Of a stretch of DNA of 64,000 bases, positions 21,739 to 31,947 are shown in pieces. Made by a program: the position numbers and the translations under genes. Below the pieces are notes generated by a model. It saw nothing but the letters and a program-made list of their open reading frames with translations. It did not search any database and had not been told where the DNA came from. The stretch spans positions 73,081 to 137,080 of the forward strand of contig JADIYW010000002.1 in the NCBI GenBank assembly GCA_016705125.1, read 5' to 3'. The stretch's first letter is position 1. Every line of letters begins with the position of its first letter. The DNA comes from Bacteroidota bacterium. Lineage in GTDB: Bacteria; Bacteroidota; Bacteroidia; Chitinophagales; JADIYW01.

Positions 21739-23136
21739 TTAAAAAATTTCATTTGCCAAATTTATGGCTTTGTTTAATGCAGCCAATTTATTTTCCACTT
21801 CCTGCAATTCCATTTCAGGAATAGAATCGGCTACAATTCCTGCGCCTGCTTGATAAGACAAAACCTGATTTTTACTAAAAAAAGTACGAATCATTATCGC
21901 TGAATTAAAATCACCATTAAAATTAAGATGACCAATTGCACCACCATAAGGTCCCCTGCTTGTTTTTTCCATTTCGTCGATTAATTGAATAGCCCTATAT
22001 TTAGGGGCTCCACTCAAAGTTCCTGCTGGAAAAGTATCTGAAACCAACTTAAATTTATTTAAATTACTAGGTATTTCGGCACTCACCTTCGAAACCAAAT
22101 GAATAACATGGCTATAAAACTGCACTTCCTTATATACCTCAACTGCTACCTTTTTTCCATTTCTACTCAAATCATTTCTTGCCAAATCAACCAACATAAC
22201 ATGTTCTGCATTTTCTTTTGGATCTGCTTCTAATTTTTTGGCCAATTCTAAGTCTTTTATATCATCTCCGGTTCTTCTAAAAGTACCAGCAATTGGATGA
22301 ATCGTAACTTTATTCCCTTTGATAATTATTTGAGCCTCTGGTGATGAACCAAACAAATTAAAATCCCCTAAATTAAAATAAAACAAGTAAGGAGAAGGAT
22401 TTATGGAACGCAAAGCACGATACAATAAAAAATCATCTCCGGCAAATTGTTGTTGAAACCTCCTTGAAAGCACTATTTGAAAGACATCTCCTCGATGACA
22501 ATGTGCTATTCCTTTTTTTACCATTTCAAGAAATTGTTCACCTGTTACATTTGCATTTCGTTCGCCTTTTATTTTAAATTTATTATTATTTTCATAAGGC
22601 TTATTAATCAAAAACAATAAATCATCTATTGCTTTGTCGTCAACTATTGGTTGCAAACTATGGTTAAAAATATACATTTCATTATTGAAATGGTTAAAAG
22701 CGATTACGTATTCATAAAAGAAATATTTCAACAAAGGTATTTCGGGCATTTCTTGCTTTAAGGAAATATCTTCGAAATATTTAATAGCATCGTAGGTTAT
22801 ATAACCAAAAAGTCCATTTGTTATAAAAGGGAAAACACCTTCCTGTTCCAATTCAAATTGATTCAAAAAAGCATCTATTTGTATAGGCAAACTGGTTTGA
22901 TTTACAGTTTCCGTTTTTACCTTTTCTCCTACTTGAGAAATAAATTTATCGCCCACCACCGAAAAACCACCGATTGGTTTGTAAGCGATAAAAGAAAAAT
23001 TATGCTCATCTCCATGATAATCAGAACTTTCCAGTAAAATTGAAAAGGACTCATGTCTGAGGTTATTATAAATTCCTACTGGGGTGAGTGTGTCAGCAAG
23101 AATCTTTTTATATCGACTAAAAATTTTTGTTTTCAT
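21739..23136 (-). CDS. trpE: Anthranilate synthase component I
   Basis: D.LTPV, LLES, GDVFQIVLS, NPSPY, SSPE, PIAGT, KENAEHVMLVDLARND, FPAGTLSGAPK. Confidence 0.97.
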   Translation of the reverse strand: MKTKIFSRYKKILADTLTPVGIYNNLRHESFSILLESSDYHGDEHNFSFIAYKPIGGFSVVGDKFISQVGEKVKTETVNQTSLPIQIDAFLNQFELEQEGVFPFITNGLFGYITYDAIKYFEDISLKQEMPEIPLLKYFFYEYVIAFNHFNNEMYIFNHSLQPIVDDKAIDDLLFLINKPYENNNKFKIKGERNANVTGEQFLEMVKKGIAHCHRGDVFQIVLSRRFQQQFAGDDFLLYRALRSINPSPYLFYFNLGDFNLFGSSPEAQIIIKGNKVTIHPIAGTFRRTGDDIKDLELAKKLEADPKENAEHVMLVDLARNDLSRNGKKVAVEVYKEVQFYSHVIHLVSKVSAEIPSNLNKFKLVSDTFPAGTLSGAPKYRAIQLIDEMEKTSRGPYGGAIGHLNFNGDFNSAIMIRTFFSKNQVLSYQAGAGIVADSIPEMELQEVENKLAALNKAINLANEIF

Positions 23137-23153
23137 TTTATATTTTATAAATT

Positions 23154-23184
23154 AAAAAAAAAGGCTCAACAATTATTGCGAGCC
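23154..23184 (-). terminator. Attenuator terminator upstream of trpE
   Basis: Minus-strand GGCTCGCAATAATTGTTGAGCC stem followed by T9, ending 17 nt before the trpE ATG. Confidence 0.8.
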
Positions 23185-23219
23185 ATTCTTTAATTATATG
23201 TATGCATAATTGGCTACAA

Positions 23220-23270
23220 CTACTCTTCAAAGTATTGCCAACAAACATTTATTTTACCCATTCCTTTCAT
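23220..23270 (-). CDS. Putative trp leader peptide MKGMGKINVCWQYFEE
   Basis: 16 codons with one Trp, lying between the TATATTTG promoter (23277..23284) and the terminator. Confidence 0.6.
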   Translation of the reverse strand: MKGMGKINVCWQYFEE

Positions 23271-23276
23271 TGTAAG

Positions 23277-23284
23277 CAAATATA
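23277..23284 (-). promoter_or_regulatory. trp operon -7 promoter element TATATTTG
   Basis: Exact TAnnTTTG, 6 nt before the leader ATG. Confidence 0.7.
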
Positions 23285-23421
23285 AGTTTTTTTGAAAAGT
23301 TAATTAATATGTTTGTTTGTTTAATGATTTTTTAATAAATGAAAGAATAAGATTATCTTAGACCTTAGATTAATAAATTTTGATTAATACAATAATTGCT
23401 ATTTTAAAATCAATAATCTTT

Positions 23422-23429
23422 TAATTTTG
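23422..23429 (+). promoter_or_regulatory. hisG -7 promoter element TAATTTTG
   Basis: Exact TAnnTTTG, 6 nt before ATG 23436. Confidence 0.6.
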
Positions 23430-23435
23430 CTTTTA

Positions 23436-24293
23436 ATGGAAAAAATAAGGTTAGCAATTCAAAAATCAGGGCGACTTTCTGAAAAATCGCTCGAATTAAT
23501 TAAGGAATGTGGTGTGAGTTATGCAAGTGGAACGGGTAAATTGCTTGCAAATTGTTATAATTTCCCGATGGAAATTCTTTTTCTTCGTGATGACGATATT
23601 CCGGGTTATGTTGAAGATGGGGTTGCTGATATCGGTATCGTTGGCGAAAATGTATTAGTGGAATCGAATAAAAAAGTAAAAATAATTGACACACTGGGCT
23701 TTGGTCGTTGTAGATTATCAATTGCAGTAGCAAGAACCATGACATATAACGATATCCAAGACTTAAATGGCAAATCCATCGCCACCTCCTATCCAACAAT
23801 TTTGGGTAAATTTTTAAAAGAAAAAGGCGTAAAAGCTGAAATTCATGAAATTAGTGGATCTGTTGAAATAGCACCTGGAATAGGACTTGCCGAGGGAATT
23901 TGTGACCTTGTAAGTACAGGAAGCACACTTTTAAGCAATGGACTAAAAGAGGTGGAAACCATATTTAATTCAGAAGCAGTATTGATTAGTCACAAGGGAA
24001 TATCTGCTGAAAAACAAATGACGATTGATAAATTGTTATTTAGATTGAATTCGGTAAAAAAGGCAAAAAACACTAAATATATTTTACTAAATGCACCAAA
24101 TGCTTCAATTGCCGAAATAATCGATATTTTACCAGGCATTAATAGTCCAACAGTGCAACCATTGGCTAAAGTTGGGTGGAGTTCATTACATTCTGTTTTA
24201 AATGCTGATGATTTTTGGGAAAAAATAGAAGCGCTGAAAAAAGCTGGCGCTGAAGGAATTTTAGTAATGCCAATTGAAAATTTGATTGCCTAA
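23436..24293 (+). CDS. hisG: ATP phosphoribosyltransferase (long form)
   Basis: RLAIQKSGRL, LRDDDIP.YV..GVAD.GIVG, IATSYP, GSVEIAP.IGLA..ICDLVSTGSTL. Confidence 0.97.
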   Translation: MEKIRLAIQKSGRLSEKSLELIKECGVSYASGTGKLLANCYNFPMEILFLRDDDIPGYVEDGVADIGIVGENVLVESNKKVKIIDTLGFGRCRLSIAVARTMTYNDIQDLNGKSIATSYPTILGKFLKEKGVKAEIHEISGSVEIAPGIGLAEGICDLVSTGSTLLSNGLKEVETIFNSEAVLISHKGISAEKQMTIDKLLFRLNSVKKAKNTKYILLNAPNASIAEIIDILPGINSPTVQPLAKVGWSSLHSVLNADDFWEKIEALKKAGAEGILVMPIENLIA

Positions 24294-25579
24294 TGCTAAA
24301 AATATATGACAACCCAAATAAAATGGAATGGTCTAATTTATCAAAAAGACCTACAAAATCATTGGCCGAAATTGAAACCAAGGTAAAACCAATTTTATTG
24401 GATGTTAAAACAAATGGAGATAAAGCAATTATAGCATTAAACAAAGAACTAGACCATTTTCATTCTAATGATTTTATTGTTTCAAAAGCTGAAATAGAAA
24501 GCGCACAATCTAAAATTTCTGATTCACTCCAAAATGCGATTTTACAAGCAAAAACTAATATAGAAAAATTCCATATAGCTCAAAAAGAAAAATTTGTTCC
24601 GATAGAAACCATGGAAGGCGTTAGCTGTTGGCGAAAATCGGTAGCCATCGAAAAAGTAGGTTTATATATTCCAGGTGGAACGGCTCCATTGTTTTCAACT
24701 GTTTTAATGCTAGGCATACCAGCTCAAATTGCGGGTTGCAAAGAAATTATTTTATGCACTCCGCCAAATAGTAATGGCGATATTCATCCTGCTATTTTAT
24801 TTGCAGCCAAAATATGTGGCATCAATTCCATTTTTAAAATTGGTGGTGCTCAAGCAATAGCTGCAATGGCTTATGGAACTGAAAGTGTGCCTAAAGTATT
24901 TAAAATATTTGGCCCAGGCAACCAATACGTGACAGCTGCAAAACAACTGGTGCTTAATGATGGTATTTCAATAGATATGCCCGCTGGGCCATCTGAACTA
25001 TTAATTATTGCAAATGAAACGGCGAATGCTGCTTTTGTTGCTTCAGACTTATTGTCGCAAGCCGAACATGGCGAAGACAGTCAGGTGGTTTTGCTTTGTA
25101 ATTCCGAAATGAAAACAAATGAAATAATTGAAGCCTTAAAAGGTCAACTAAACGATTTGCCAAGAAAAGCGGTTGCAGAAAAGGCCATTTCGAATAGTAA
25201 AGCCATTATTTTTAATGATTTAGCAAATGAAGGCATTAAATTTTCAAATTTTTATGCACCTGAACACCTTATAATAGCTTTGGACAATCCTGAGCAGATT
25301 GCAGACTTAGTAATTAATGCAGGTTCCGTTTTCATGGGGCACCTAACACCCGAATCGGCTGGCGATTATGCCTCAGGAACCAATCATACACTACCAACCA
25401 ATGGAAATGCTACAGCTTTTAGTGGTGTTTCTTTGGATAGTTTTGTAAAAAAAATTACCTTTCAGCAAATTTCTAAAATTGGATTACAAGCAATTGGTCC
25501 GATAATAGAAGAAATGGCTGATGCCGAAATGCTATCAGCACATAAAAATGCAGTATCAATAAGATTAAAAACATTATGA
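24293..25579 (+). CDS. hisD: Histidinol dehydrogenase
   Basis: GLYIPGG.APL.ST, GGAQAIAA, GPGNQYV, DMPAGPSE, DLLSQAEHG, APEHL, GDYASGTNHTLPT. Confidence 0.98.
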   Translation: MLKIYDNPNKMEWSNLSKRPTKSLAEIETKVKPILLDVKTNGDKAIIALNKELDHFHSNDFIVSKAEIESAQSKISDSLQNAILQAKTNIEKFHIAQKEKFVPIETMEGVSCWRKSVAIEKVGLYIPGGTAPLFSTVLMLGIPAQIAGCKEIILCTPPNSNGDIHPAILFAAKICGINSIFKIGGAQAIAAMAYGTESVPKVFKIFGPGNQYVTAAKQLVLNDGISIDMPAGPSELLIIANETANAAFVASDLLSQAEHGEDSQVVLLCNSEMKTNEIIEALKGQLNDLPRKAVAEKAISNSKAIIFNDLANEGIKFSNFYAPEHLIIALDNPEQIADLVINAGSVFMGHLTPESAGDYASGTNHTLPTNGNATAFSGVSLDSFVKKITFQQISKIGLQAIGPIIEEMADAEMLSAHKNAVSIRLKTL

Positions 25580-26628
25580 GCAATTTTGATTTTCAAAAAT
25601 TAATTAGGCCACATTTAAAAGATTTTCAAGCCTATTCGTCCGCTAGATCTGAATTTAGAGGAAAAGCCGACATTTTTTTAGATGCGAATGAAAACCCCTA
25701 TCAATCTGTAGGTGGTGGATATTTTAATCGCTATCCTGACTCTTCAAATATTGAAATAAGAACCAAAATTGCGGCCCATCGGAAAGTAGAACCCAATCAA
25801 GTAACAGTAGGAAACGGGAGCGACGAAATCATTGATTTGCTTTTTCGAGCATTTTGTGAGCCAAAGGAAGACAAAATTTTAATTTGCCCTCCTACCTATC
25901 CTATGTTTAAAACGAGTGCCATTTTAAATAATGTTGGCACTACAGAAGTGTTGCTTACGCCTAATTTCCAATTAGATACTCCGAATATTCTAAATGCAAT
26001 AGACGATAAAACGAAAATCATATTCCTCAATTCTCCAAACAACCCAACTGGAAATTTATTAAATTCAGATGATATAAAAAAAATATTAAACTCATTTAAT
26101 GGATTGGTAGTTTTAGACGAAGCCTATATTGATTTTGCAGATTCCAACTCATGGGTTTCACAATTAGACAATTATCCTAATTTATTTATAATCCAAACGA
26201 TGTCGAAGGCATGGGGAATGGCTGGTTTACGACTAGGACTAGGATTTGGTAGTTCAGACATTATTGATATTTTACAAAAAATAAAACCACCGTATAATAT
26301 CAATAGCGTTTCAATCAATTGGGCATTAAAAGCATTTGATTTAATTGGTGAAAAATACCAGATGGTGGAATTAATTCGCTCTGAAAGAATTAAACTTAGT
26401 AGCCTTTTGAACACTTTACCTTATGTGAAAAAAGTTTATGATAGTGATTCTAATTTTGTTTTGGTGAAGGTAACAGAACCTGACAGGTTGTATAATTTTC
26501 TTTTAGAAAAGGGAATTGTCGTAAGAAACAGAAACAAACTGCCGCTTTGTGAAGGATGCCTAAGAATTTGTGTAGGCAACTCAGACGAAAATAAAGCATT
26601 GGCAAAAGCACTTAAAGCATTTGAATAA
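25576..26628 (+). CDS. hisC: Histidinol-phosphate aminotransferase
   Basis: [46 protein letters not shown]. Confidence 0.97.
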   Translation: MSNFDFQKLIRPHLKDFQAYSSARSEFRGKADIFLDANENPYQSVGGGYFNRYPDSSNIEIRTKIAAHRKVEPNQVTVGNGSDEIIDLLFRAFCEPKEDKILICPPTYPMFKTSAILNNVGTTEVLLTPNFQLDTPNILNAIDDKTKIIFLNSPNNPTGNLLNSDDIKKILNSFNGLVVLDEAYIDFADSNSWVSQLDNYPNLFIIQTMSKAWGMAGLRLGLGFGSSDIIDILQKIKPPYNINSVSINWALKAFDLIGEKYQMVELIRSERIKLSSLLNTLPYVKKVYDSDSNFVLVKVTEPDRLYNFLLEKGIVVRNRNKLPLCEGCLRICVGNSDENKALAKALKAFE

Positions 26629-27769
26629 TATGAAAAGCGAAAGAAAAAAAATCCTTTTCATAGATAGAGATGGAACTATTCTGCTTGAACCGTCTGATAT
26701 GCAAGTAGATAAAATTGAAAAAATGGCGTTTTTGCCATTTACTATTAATTGTCTTACACAAATTGCTAAAAAAAAGGATTTCCTTTTGGTTATGGTTACA
26801 AACCAAGATGGATTAGGTACTGAAGCATTCCCAGAATCCGACTTTTGGCCTGCTCAAAATAAAATGATAGAAATTCTAGAAGGAGAAGGCATTCATTTCC
26901 ATGAAATTTGTATCGATAAAACTTTTGCAATAGAAAATAAATCAACCAGAAAACCTGGTACTGGAATGTTGACACATTATCTAACTGAGGAATTCGATTT
27001 AGAAAACTCATTTGTAATCGGCGACAGGTATACGGATATTCAATTGGCGAAAAATTTGAGTGCCAGAGGAATTCTAATTGGAAGAAGTATAGATACGATT
27101 GATGATTCAAAATTAGACTTAGCTGGCTTGGAGGAGACATTGGCATTAAAAACAGACAATTGGCCAGATATTTTAAATTTCCTAAATAATTTAAACCACC
27201 GAAAAGCAATTTTAAATCGAAAAACGAAAGAAACCGATATTAAAATTGAAATAAATCTAGATGGAACTGGAATTCCTAATTGCGATACTGGCATTAGTTT
27301 CTTCGACCACATGCTTGATCAATTAGCATTTCATAGTGGCTGTGATATTACTATAAATGTAAAAGGAGATTTGCATATAGACGAACACCATACTATTGAA
27401 GACACTGCCATTGCACTCGGAGAAGCATTTTTAATGGCCTTAGGGAATAAAATCGGTATAAATAGATATGGATTTCTACTTCCAATGGATGATGTATTGG
27501 CTCAAGCTGCCATTGACTTTTCAGGTAGACCATGGCTTGTATGGGATGCAACATTTAATAGAGAAAAAATTGGGGAAATGCCTACCGAAATGTTTTTCCA
27601 TTTTTGGAAATCGTTTTCTGATGCTGCCAAATGCAACCTAAATATAAAAGCAGAAGGTACTAATGAACACCATAAAATTGAAGCCATTTTTAAGGCTGTT
27701 GCAAAATCAATTAAAATGGCAGTAAAAGTGTCAGGCGACAAATTACCTAGCACTAAAGGAGTATTATAA
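26621..27769 (+). CDS. hisB: Bifunctional histidinol-phosphatase / IGP dehydratase
   Basis: HAD domain FIDRDGT, TNQDG, RKP, GDR; dehydratase [22 protein letters not shown]. Confidence 0.97.
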   Translation: MNNMKSERKKILFIDRDGTILLEPSDMQVDKIEKMAFLPFTINCLTQIAKKKDFLLVMVTNQDGLGTEAFPESDFWPAQNKMIEILEGEGIHFHEICIDKTFAIENKSTRKPGTGMLTHYLTEEFDLENSFVIGDRYTDIQLAKNLSARGILIGRSIDTIDDSKLDLAGLEETLALKTDNWPDILNFLNNLNHRKAILNRKTKETDIKIEINLDGTGIPNCDTGISFFDHMLDQLAFHSGCDITINVKGDLHIDEHHTIEDTAIALGEAFLMALGNKIGINRYGFLLPMDDVLAQAAIDFSGRPWLVWDATFNREKIGEMPTEMFFHFWKSFSDAAKCNLNIKAEGTNEHHKIEAIFKAVAKSIKMAVKVSGDKLPSTKGVL

Positions 27770-27871
27770 ATCCTTTTTTCTAAAAAAATTAAGATAGTTA
27801 AATAGCTTTTAATTAGGACAATTTTCCAATTAAGTTTGAAATTAAAAACCACTTCCATTTAAAAATTTGAG

Positions 27872-27973
27872 AAAAAAAATAGCAGCCAATTCGTTGGGGA
27901 AGTCGTTGGCTGCTATAAAAATAAATCTGGGGCGATTAATTTTTGAAAAACTGAAAGAGCTAAACTAAAAGAA
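27872..27973 (-). ncRNA. Candidate small RNA of about 100 nt
   Basis: TATATTTG promoter (27979..27986), no ATG-started ORF, and an 11-bp stem ATAGCAGCCAA/TTGGCTGCTAT (27879..27916) with a U-tract only in the minus orientation. Confidence 0.5.
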
Positions 27974-28044
27974 CAATGCAAATATAAATAGCCGAAAATA
28001 TTTTAATATGTAAAAAATATACTTAATTTAGAAGTCGATTATAA

Positions 28045-29592
28045 ATGAAGACAACTAGTAATTTTATTCATCAGCTAATTCATTCGTTAACCAAAAACGA
28101 AAAAGGATACTTTGTCAAACTACTCAAAGTGCATGGCGGCGATCCAATGAATAAAAAGTACTTTCTTCTTTTCAGTGCCATTGACAAACAATTGACATAT
28201 AATGAGTCAGCGCTAACCAATCAATTTAAAGCCGAGCCATTTATAAAACAATTTTCTGTCGCCAAAAACTATTTAATTCAAATCATTTTAAAGTCACTCA
28301 TTCAATTCAATGGCACTAAGACTATTGAAAACGTTTTAAGTAAAGAAATTGACACTTGTAATATATTATACCAAAAAGGATTTATAAAAGAATACCAACA
28401 AAGTCTTTCTAAAGTAAAAAGAAAATCCATATTGTATGAAAAACATGACTTTACCCTTACCATAATCAAAAAAGAAAAAGAACTTTTAGTTAATTTAAAA
28501 GACAAAAACTTTAAAAAAAATCTTCAAAAATTATTGGATGAGGAATCAAAAATTCTAGATGATATAAAAATCGAAAATCAACTTAGTAAATATTACTATA
28601 TATTAACCACCGAAATCCATCAAAACAGAATAATAAGAAGCGAGAAAGAAATAGCTCATTTATTTCCAATCATTAATTCTTTGCATGAAGATTTTCCAAA
28701 ATTTAAAAATTCATTTTCTAGTAAAAATTATTACTATGGCATACAGATTATTTACAATTACCTAATAAACGATTTCAAAAAAGCGGAAGAGTTTGGCATT
28801 TTACATGAAAAATTATTTTTGCAAAATCCGCTATTGGCAAAGCAAAAGCTGGATGATTTCATGGAAATTTCATATCACTATTTAGGAGCCAAATTCCAGT
28901 TAGGAAACCATGAAAAAATAGAATTATTACTTAACAAAATATATAAATTAGAAGTCGAAACACACGAACTCAAACAAAAAAAATTCTTTGTTTACTATTC
29001 CAATATGATAAGATTATATGCCTCTACCTACCAATATAAAAAAGCGGAGCAATTATTAATTGATTTAAATAAAGAGTTACCTACCATAATAACACATTTA
29101 AGCATTAGCAATAAATTAACCCTATTTCTAAATTCCTCTATTTTACAATTTGCCCTTGGCAATTATAATGCATCACTAGATTATCTAAATGCCTATTTCG
29201 AAATTGCTGACAATAGCTTTAGAAAAGACGCCTTTAAATTTGCTCTGATTTTCAACCTTTTTATCCATTTAAAACTTGGAAACTTACAATTATTGGAAAA
29301 TTTATTGAAAAACATCAAGCAAGGTTTCAGAAAAGAAAAACAAATATTTTTATATGAAAAGATATTAATCGAATTTTTATCCAAAACAATTGGGAGTATC
29401 AACAAAAAAGAAAAAATCAACTTACTGAAAAGAACTAAAATGCAATTAGAGGAAATTAAAATAGATATTATTCAAAAAGATGCAATGCGTTATTTCAACT
29501 ACACTAGATGGTTCGAAAGCCAAATACTACAAATTCCATACACCAAAATGCCAGAATACTTAGAAAAATTAGATAAGAGCATGGAGGTTTGA
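28045..29592 (+). CDS. All-helical (TPR-like) cytoplasmic hypothetical protein, 515 aa
   Basis: N-terminus LIHSLTKNEKGYF...YFLLFSAIDKQ resembles that of 10116..11534; no signal peptide or TM segment; RWFESQI near the C-terminus. Confidence 0.85.
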   Translation: MKTTSNFIHQLIHSLTKNEKGYFVKLLKVHGGDPMNKKYFLLFSAIDKQLTYNESALTNQFKAEPFIKQFSVAKNYLIQIILKSLIQFNGTKTIENVLSKEIDTCNILYQKGFIKEYQQSLSKVKRKSILYEKHDFTLTIIKKEKELLVNLKDKNFKKNLQKLLDEESKILDDIKIENQLSKYYYILTTEIHQNRIIRSEKEIAHLFPIINSLHEDFPKFKNSFSSKNYYYGIQIIYNYLINDFKKAEEFGILHEKLFLQNPLLAKQKLDDFMEISYHYLGAKFQLGNHEKIELLLNKIYKLEVETHELKQKKFFVYYSNMIRLYASTYQYKKAEQLLIDLNKELPTIITHLSISNKLTLFLNSSILQFALGNYNASLDYLNAYFEIADNSFRKDAFKFALIFNLFIHLKLGNLQLLENLLKNIKQGFRKEKQIFLYEKILIEFLSKTIGSINKKEKINLLKRTKMQLEEIKIDIIQKDAMRYFNYTRWFESQILQIPYTKMPEYLEKLDKSMEV

Positions 29593-29639
29593 GATTTAAG
29601 AATTCAGATTTAAGAATTTAGATTTGAAATTCAAGATGT
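29591..29639 (+). repeat. Degenerate heptamer / 14-mer tract between convergent genes
   Basis: GAGATTT AAGAATT CAGATTT AAGAATT TAGATTT GAAATTC AAGATGT. Confidence 0.7.
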
Positions 29640-29646
29640 TTGAAAA

Positions 29647-31278
29647 TTACTCTTCTTCCAAAAAAGGATAGCGATAATCGGTAGGAGTTAACAATGTTTC
29701 TTTTATAGTTCGAGGCGATACCCATCTTAATAAATTCAGGGCTGAGCCTGCCTTATCATTCGTTCCGCTTGCACGTGCGCCTCCAAATGGCTGCTGACCA
29801 ACCACTGCACCTGTCGGTTTATCGTTAATATAAAAATTCCCTGCGCTATGTCTCAAAGCCTTTAGTGCCAACTCTAACGCATATTTATCGTTTGCAAAAA
29901 TTGCACCTGTAAGCGCATATTCCGATGTTTTATCTACCAATTTAAGTGTCTCTTCATACTTATCCTCATCGTAAACATAAATCGTCACCACCGGACCAAA
30001 CAACTCCTCTACCATAGTGGCATAATGTGGATTTGTCGTTACGATGGCGGTTGGCTCAACAAAATAACCCTTTGTTTTATCACACTTTCCACCAAATAAA
30101 ATGGCTGCATCTATATCTACTTTTGCCTTTTCGATATACGATTTTAGCTTATCAAATGACACCTCTGTAATTACTGCATTTACAAAATTTGTAAAATCCT
30201 CGGTGCCACCCATTTTCATCGATGCTGCATCTGCCTTTATTTTTTTCGATACCGCAGGCCACAAATTTGAAGGCACATAAACCCTCGATGCAGCCGAGCA
30301 TTTTTGTCCCTGATACTCAAAAGCACCTCTCGAAATTCCTGTAGCTACCTCATCTGCATTGGCCGATTTATGGGCTATTATAAAATCTTTACCACCCGTC
30401 TCCCCTACTATTCTTGGATAGGATTTATACTTCCCTATATTTTGTCCAATCAAATTCCAAAAGTGTCTAAAAACACCTGTTGAACCCGTAAAATGTAGAC
30501 CTGCAAAATCTCTATGTTCAAAAATGATGTTTCCAGCCACTGGTCCATCACAAAAAACAAGGTTGATTACACCTGCTGGCAAACCAGCCTTCATAAATAT
30601 TTCCATTATCACCTGTGCTGAATAGATTTGAGCATCCGCACATTTCCATACTACTACGTTGCCCATTAAAGCAGGAGCAGCACATAAATTACCCGCAATG
30701 GCCGTAAAATTAAACGGCGTTAATGCAAACACAAATCCCTCCAATGGCCTAAACTCCACTCTATTCCACACACCTTCCGAATTAATAGGTTGGTCGGCAT
30801 ATATTTGTGTCATAAAAAAAACATTAAACCGCAAAAAATCAGCCAATTCACATGCTGCATCTATTTCAGCCTGGTAGGCATTTTTCGATTGCCCTAGCAT
30901 TGTCGCAGCATTTATACTCGCTCTATATGGCCCTGAAATCAAATCGGCAGCCTTCATAAATACGGCAGCCCGCGTTTCCCAATGTGTATTTTCCCATGCC
31001 TCCTTCGCTTTTAGTGCAGCCTCAATAGCCAAATTTACCTCCTGTTGACCTCCCTTTTCATAATATCCCAATATATGCTTATGGTCGTGTGGACAGCTCA
31101 ACGGCAATTTATTCCCGGTACGCACCGCTTTACCATCTATTACCATTGGTATATCCATTACCACTGCCCTTCTTCTTTTTAACTCCTCTTGTAGTGCCAA
31201 CCTTTCATTACTCATTGGTCTATATTCCAAAACCTTCTCATTCTTTGGTGGATAAATTTTCGAAAAACCTAAGGACAT
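29647..31278 (-). CDS. pruA: L-glutamate gamma-semialdehyde (P5C) dehydrogenase
   Basis: EIDAACE..DF, PFNFTAI, FTGST, GETGGKDF, FEYQGQKCSAASR, EELFGP, GQQPFGG.R.SGTNDKAG. Confidence 0.96.
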   Translation of the reverse strand: MSLGFSKIYPPKNEKVLEYRPMSNERLALQEELKRRRAVVMDIPMVIDGKAVRTGNKLPLSCPHDHKHILGYYEKGGQQEVNLAIEAALKAKEAWENTHWETRAAVFMKAADLISGPYRASINAATMLGQSKNAYQAEIDAACELADFLRFNVFFMTQIYADQPINSEGVWNRVEFRPLEGFVFALTPFNFTAIAGNLCAAPALMGNVVVWKCADAQIYSAQVIMEIFMKAGLPAGVINLVFCDGPVAGNIIFEHRDFAGLHFTGSTGVFRHFWNLIGQNIGKYKSYPRIVGETGGKDFIIAHKSANADEVATGISRGAFEYQGQKCSAASRVYVPSNLWPAVSKKIKADAASMKMGGTEDFTNFVNAVITEVSFDKLKSYIEKAKVDIDAAILFGGKCDKTKGYFVEPTAIVTTNPHYATMVEELFGPVVTIYVYDEDKYEETLKLVDKTSEYALTGAIFANDKYALELALKALRHSAGNFYINDKPTGAVVGQQPFGGARASGTNDKAGSALNLLRWVSPRTIKETLLTPTDYRYPFLEEE

Positions 31279-31317
31279 ATCTCTAAATTTTAATGAATTA
31301 AAAAACTAAAAATGCAT

Positions 31318-31362
31318 TACAAAAGCAATTTTGTATGATGCAATTTTGCAAAAACAAAGGTA
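31318..31362 (-). promoter_or_regulatory. pruA promoter (TACCTTTG at 31355..31362) with a downstream repeated operator-like motif
   Basis: GCAATTTTG at 31325 and 31340 (15-bp period); inverted repeat TACAAAA/TTTTGTA. Confidence 0.5.
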
Positions 31363-31396
31363 AAAAAATAAGCTAAACTAATTACCAAAAAAAAAA

Positions 31397-31888
31397 TTAT
31401 TGTGCCGCTTTCTGATTCTCCTTAAGCATAATAATGAATCCCAACCAAAGCATAAAAACAGGAAATTCAGGATCCGCATTTACATCGTATTCCACTTCAG
31501 TCGAAGTTTTAAACCACTTTATATTCTTCACAATCCTACACACTTCATTACCTTGCTCATCTACCCAAAATCGCTCCCAACTCCACATACTTTTCCGCTT
31601 GAACGTATATACCCTGCCCGACAACTCCGTATAAGTAGTCTTCATTCCACCCCAACCCCATTTCAAATAGCCAAGTTCCTTTCCTTCTTTAGTCTTTATC
31701 AAATTTTTGCCATTAAAAACGCCAATCCGTTTCAACTCATAATCCTGCTTTTCGCTTTGAAACAAGAAATCCCCACTATACCAGTTTTTAGCTTTCAGTT
31801 CCAAGACCTTCCCATAACCAAAATCCATTTGAAACTCCATTTTAAAAAGAGTAGGTCTTACAATTTTACCGTAATTTTTTCTAACCAT
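31397..31888 (-). CDS. Hypothetical beta-rich protein (tubby/LURP-like pattern)
   Basis: Repeated short beta-hairpins with aromatic residues and a hydrophobic C-terminal helix; start ATG 31888 preferred (tracked start 31939). Confidence 0.7.
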   Translation of the reverse strand: MVRKNYGKIVRPTLFKMEFQMDFGYGKVLELKAKNWYSGDFLFQSEKQDYELKRIGVFNGKNLIKTKEGKELGYLKWGWGGMKTTYTELSGRVYTFKRKSMWSWERFWVDEQGNEVCRIVKNIKWFKTSTEVEYDVNADPEFPVFMLWLGFIIMLKENQKAAQ

Positions 31889-31947
31889 GATCGAACTTAT
31901 AAACCCCAAAATAAAACAAAAAGTTTCAATATACATCAATAATATTT

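Noticed and set aside
11566-28013. Shared 10-mer TAATATGTAA upstream of both complete helical-protein genes (11566..11575 and 28004..28013)
   Set aside because: It is nine-tenths A/T in very AT-rich intergenic DNA, and its orientation relative to the genes differs; chance cannot be excluded.
31400-31942. 180-aa plus-strand ORF exactly antisense to the 31397..31939 ORF
   Set aside because: Codon-aligned shadow with an unnatural composition (His/Pro/Ile/Phe-rich); the minus-strand frame has the protein-like pattern.
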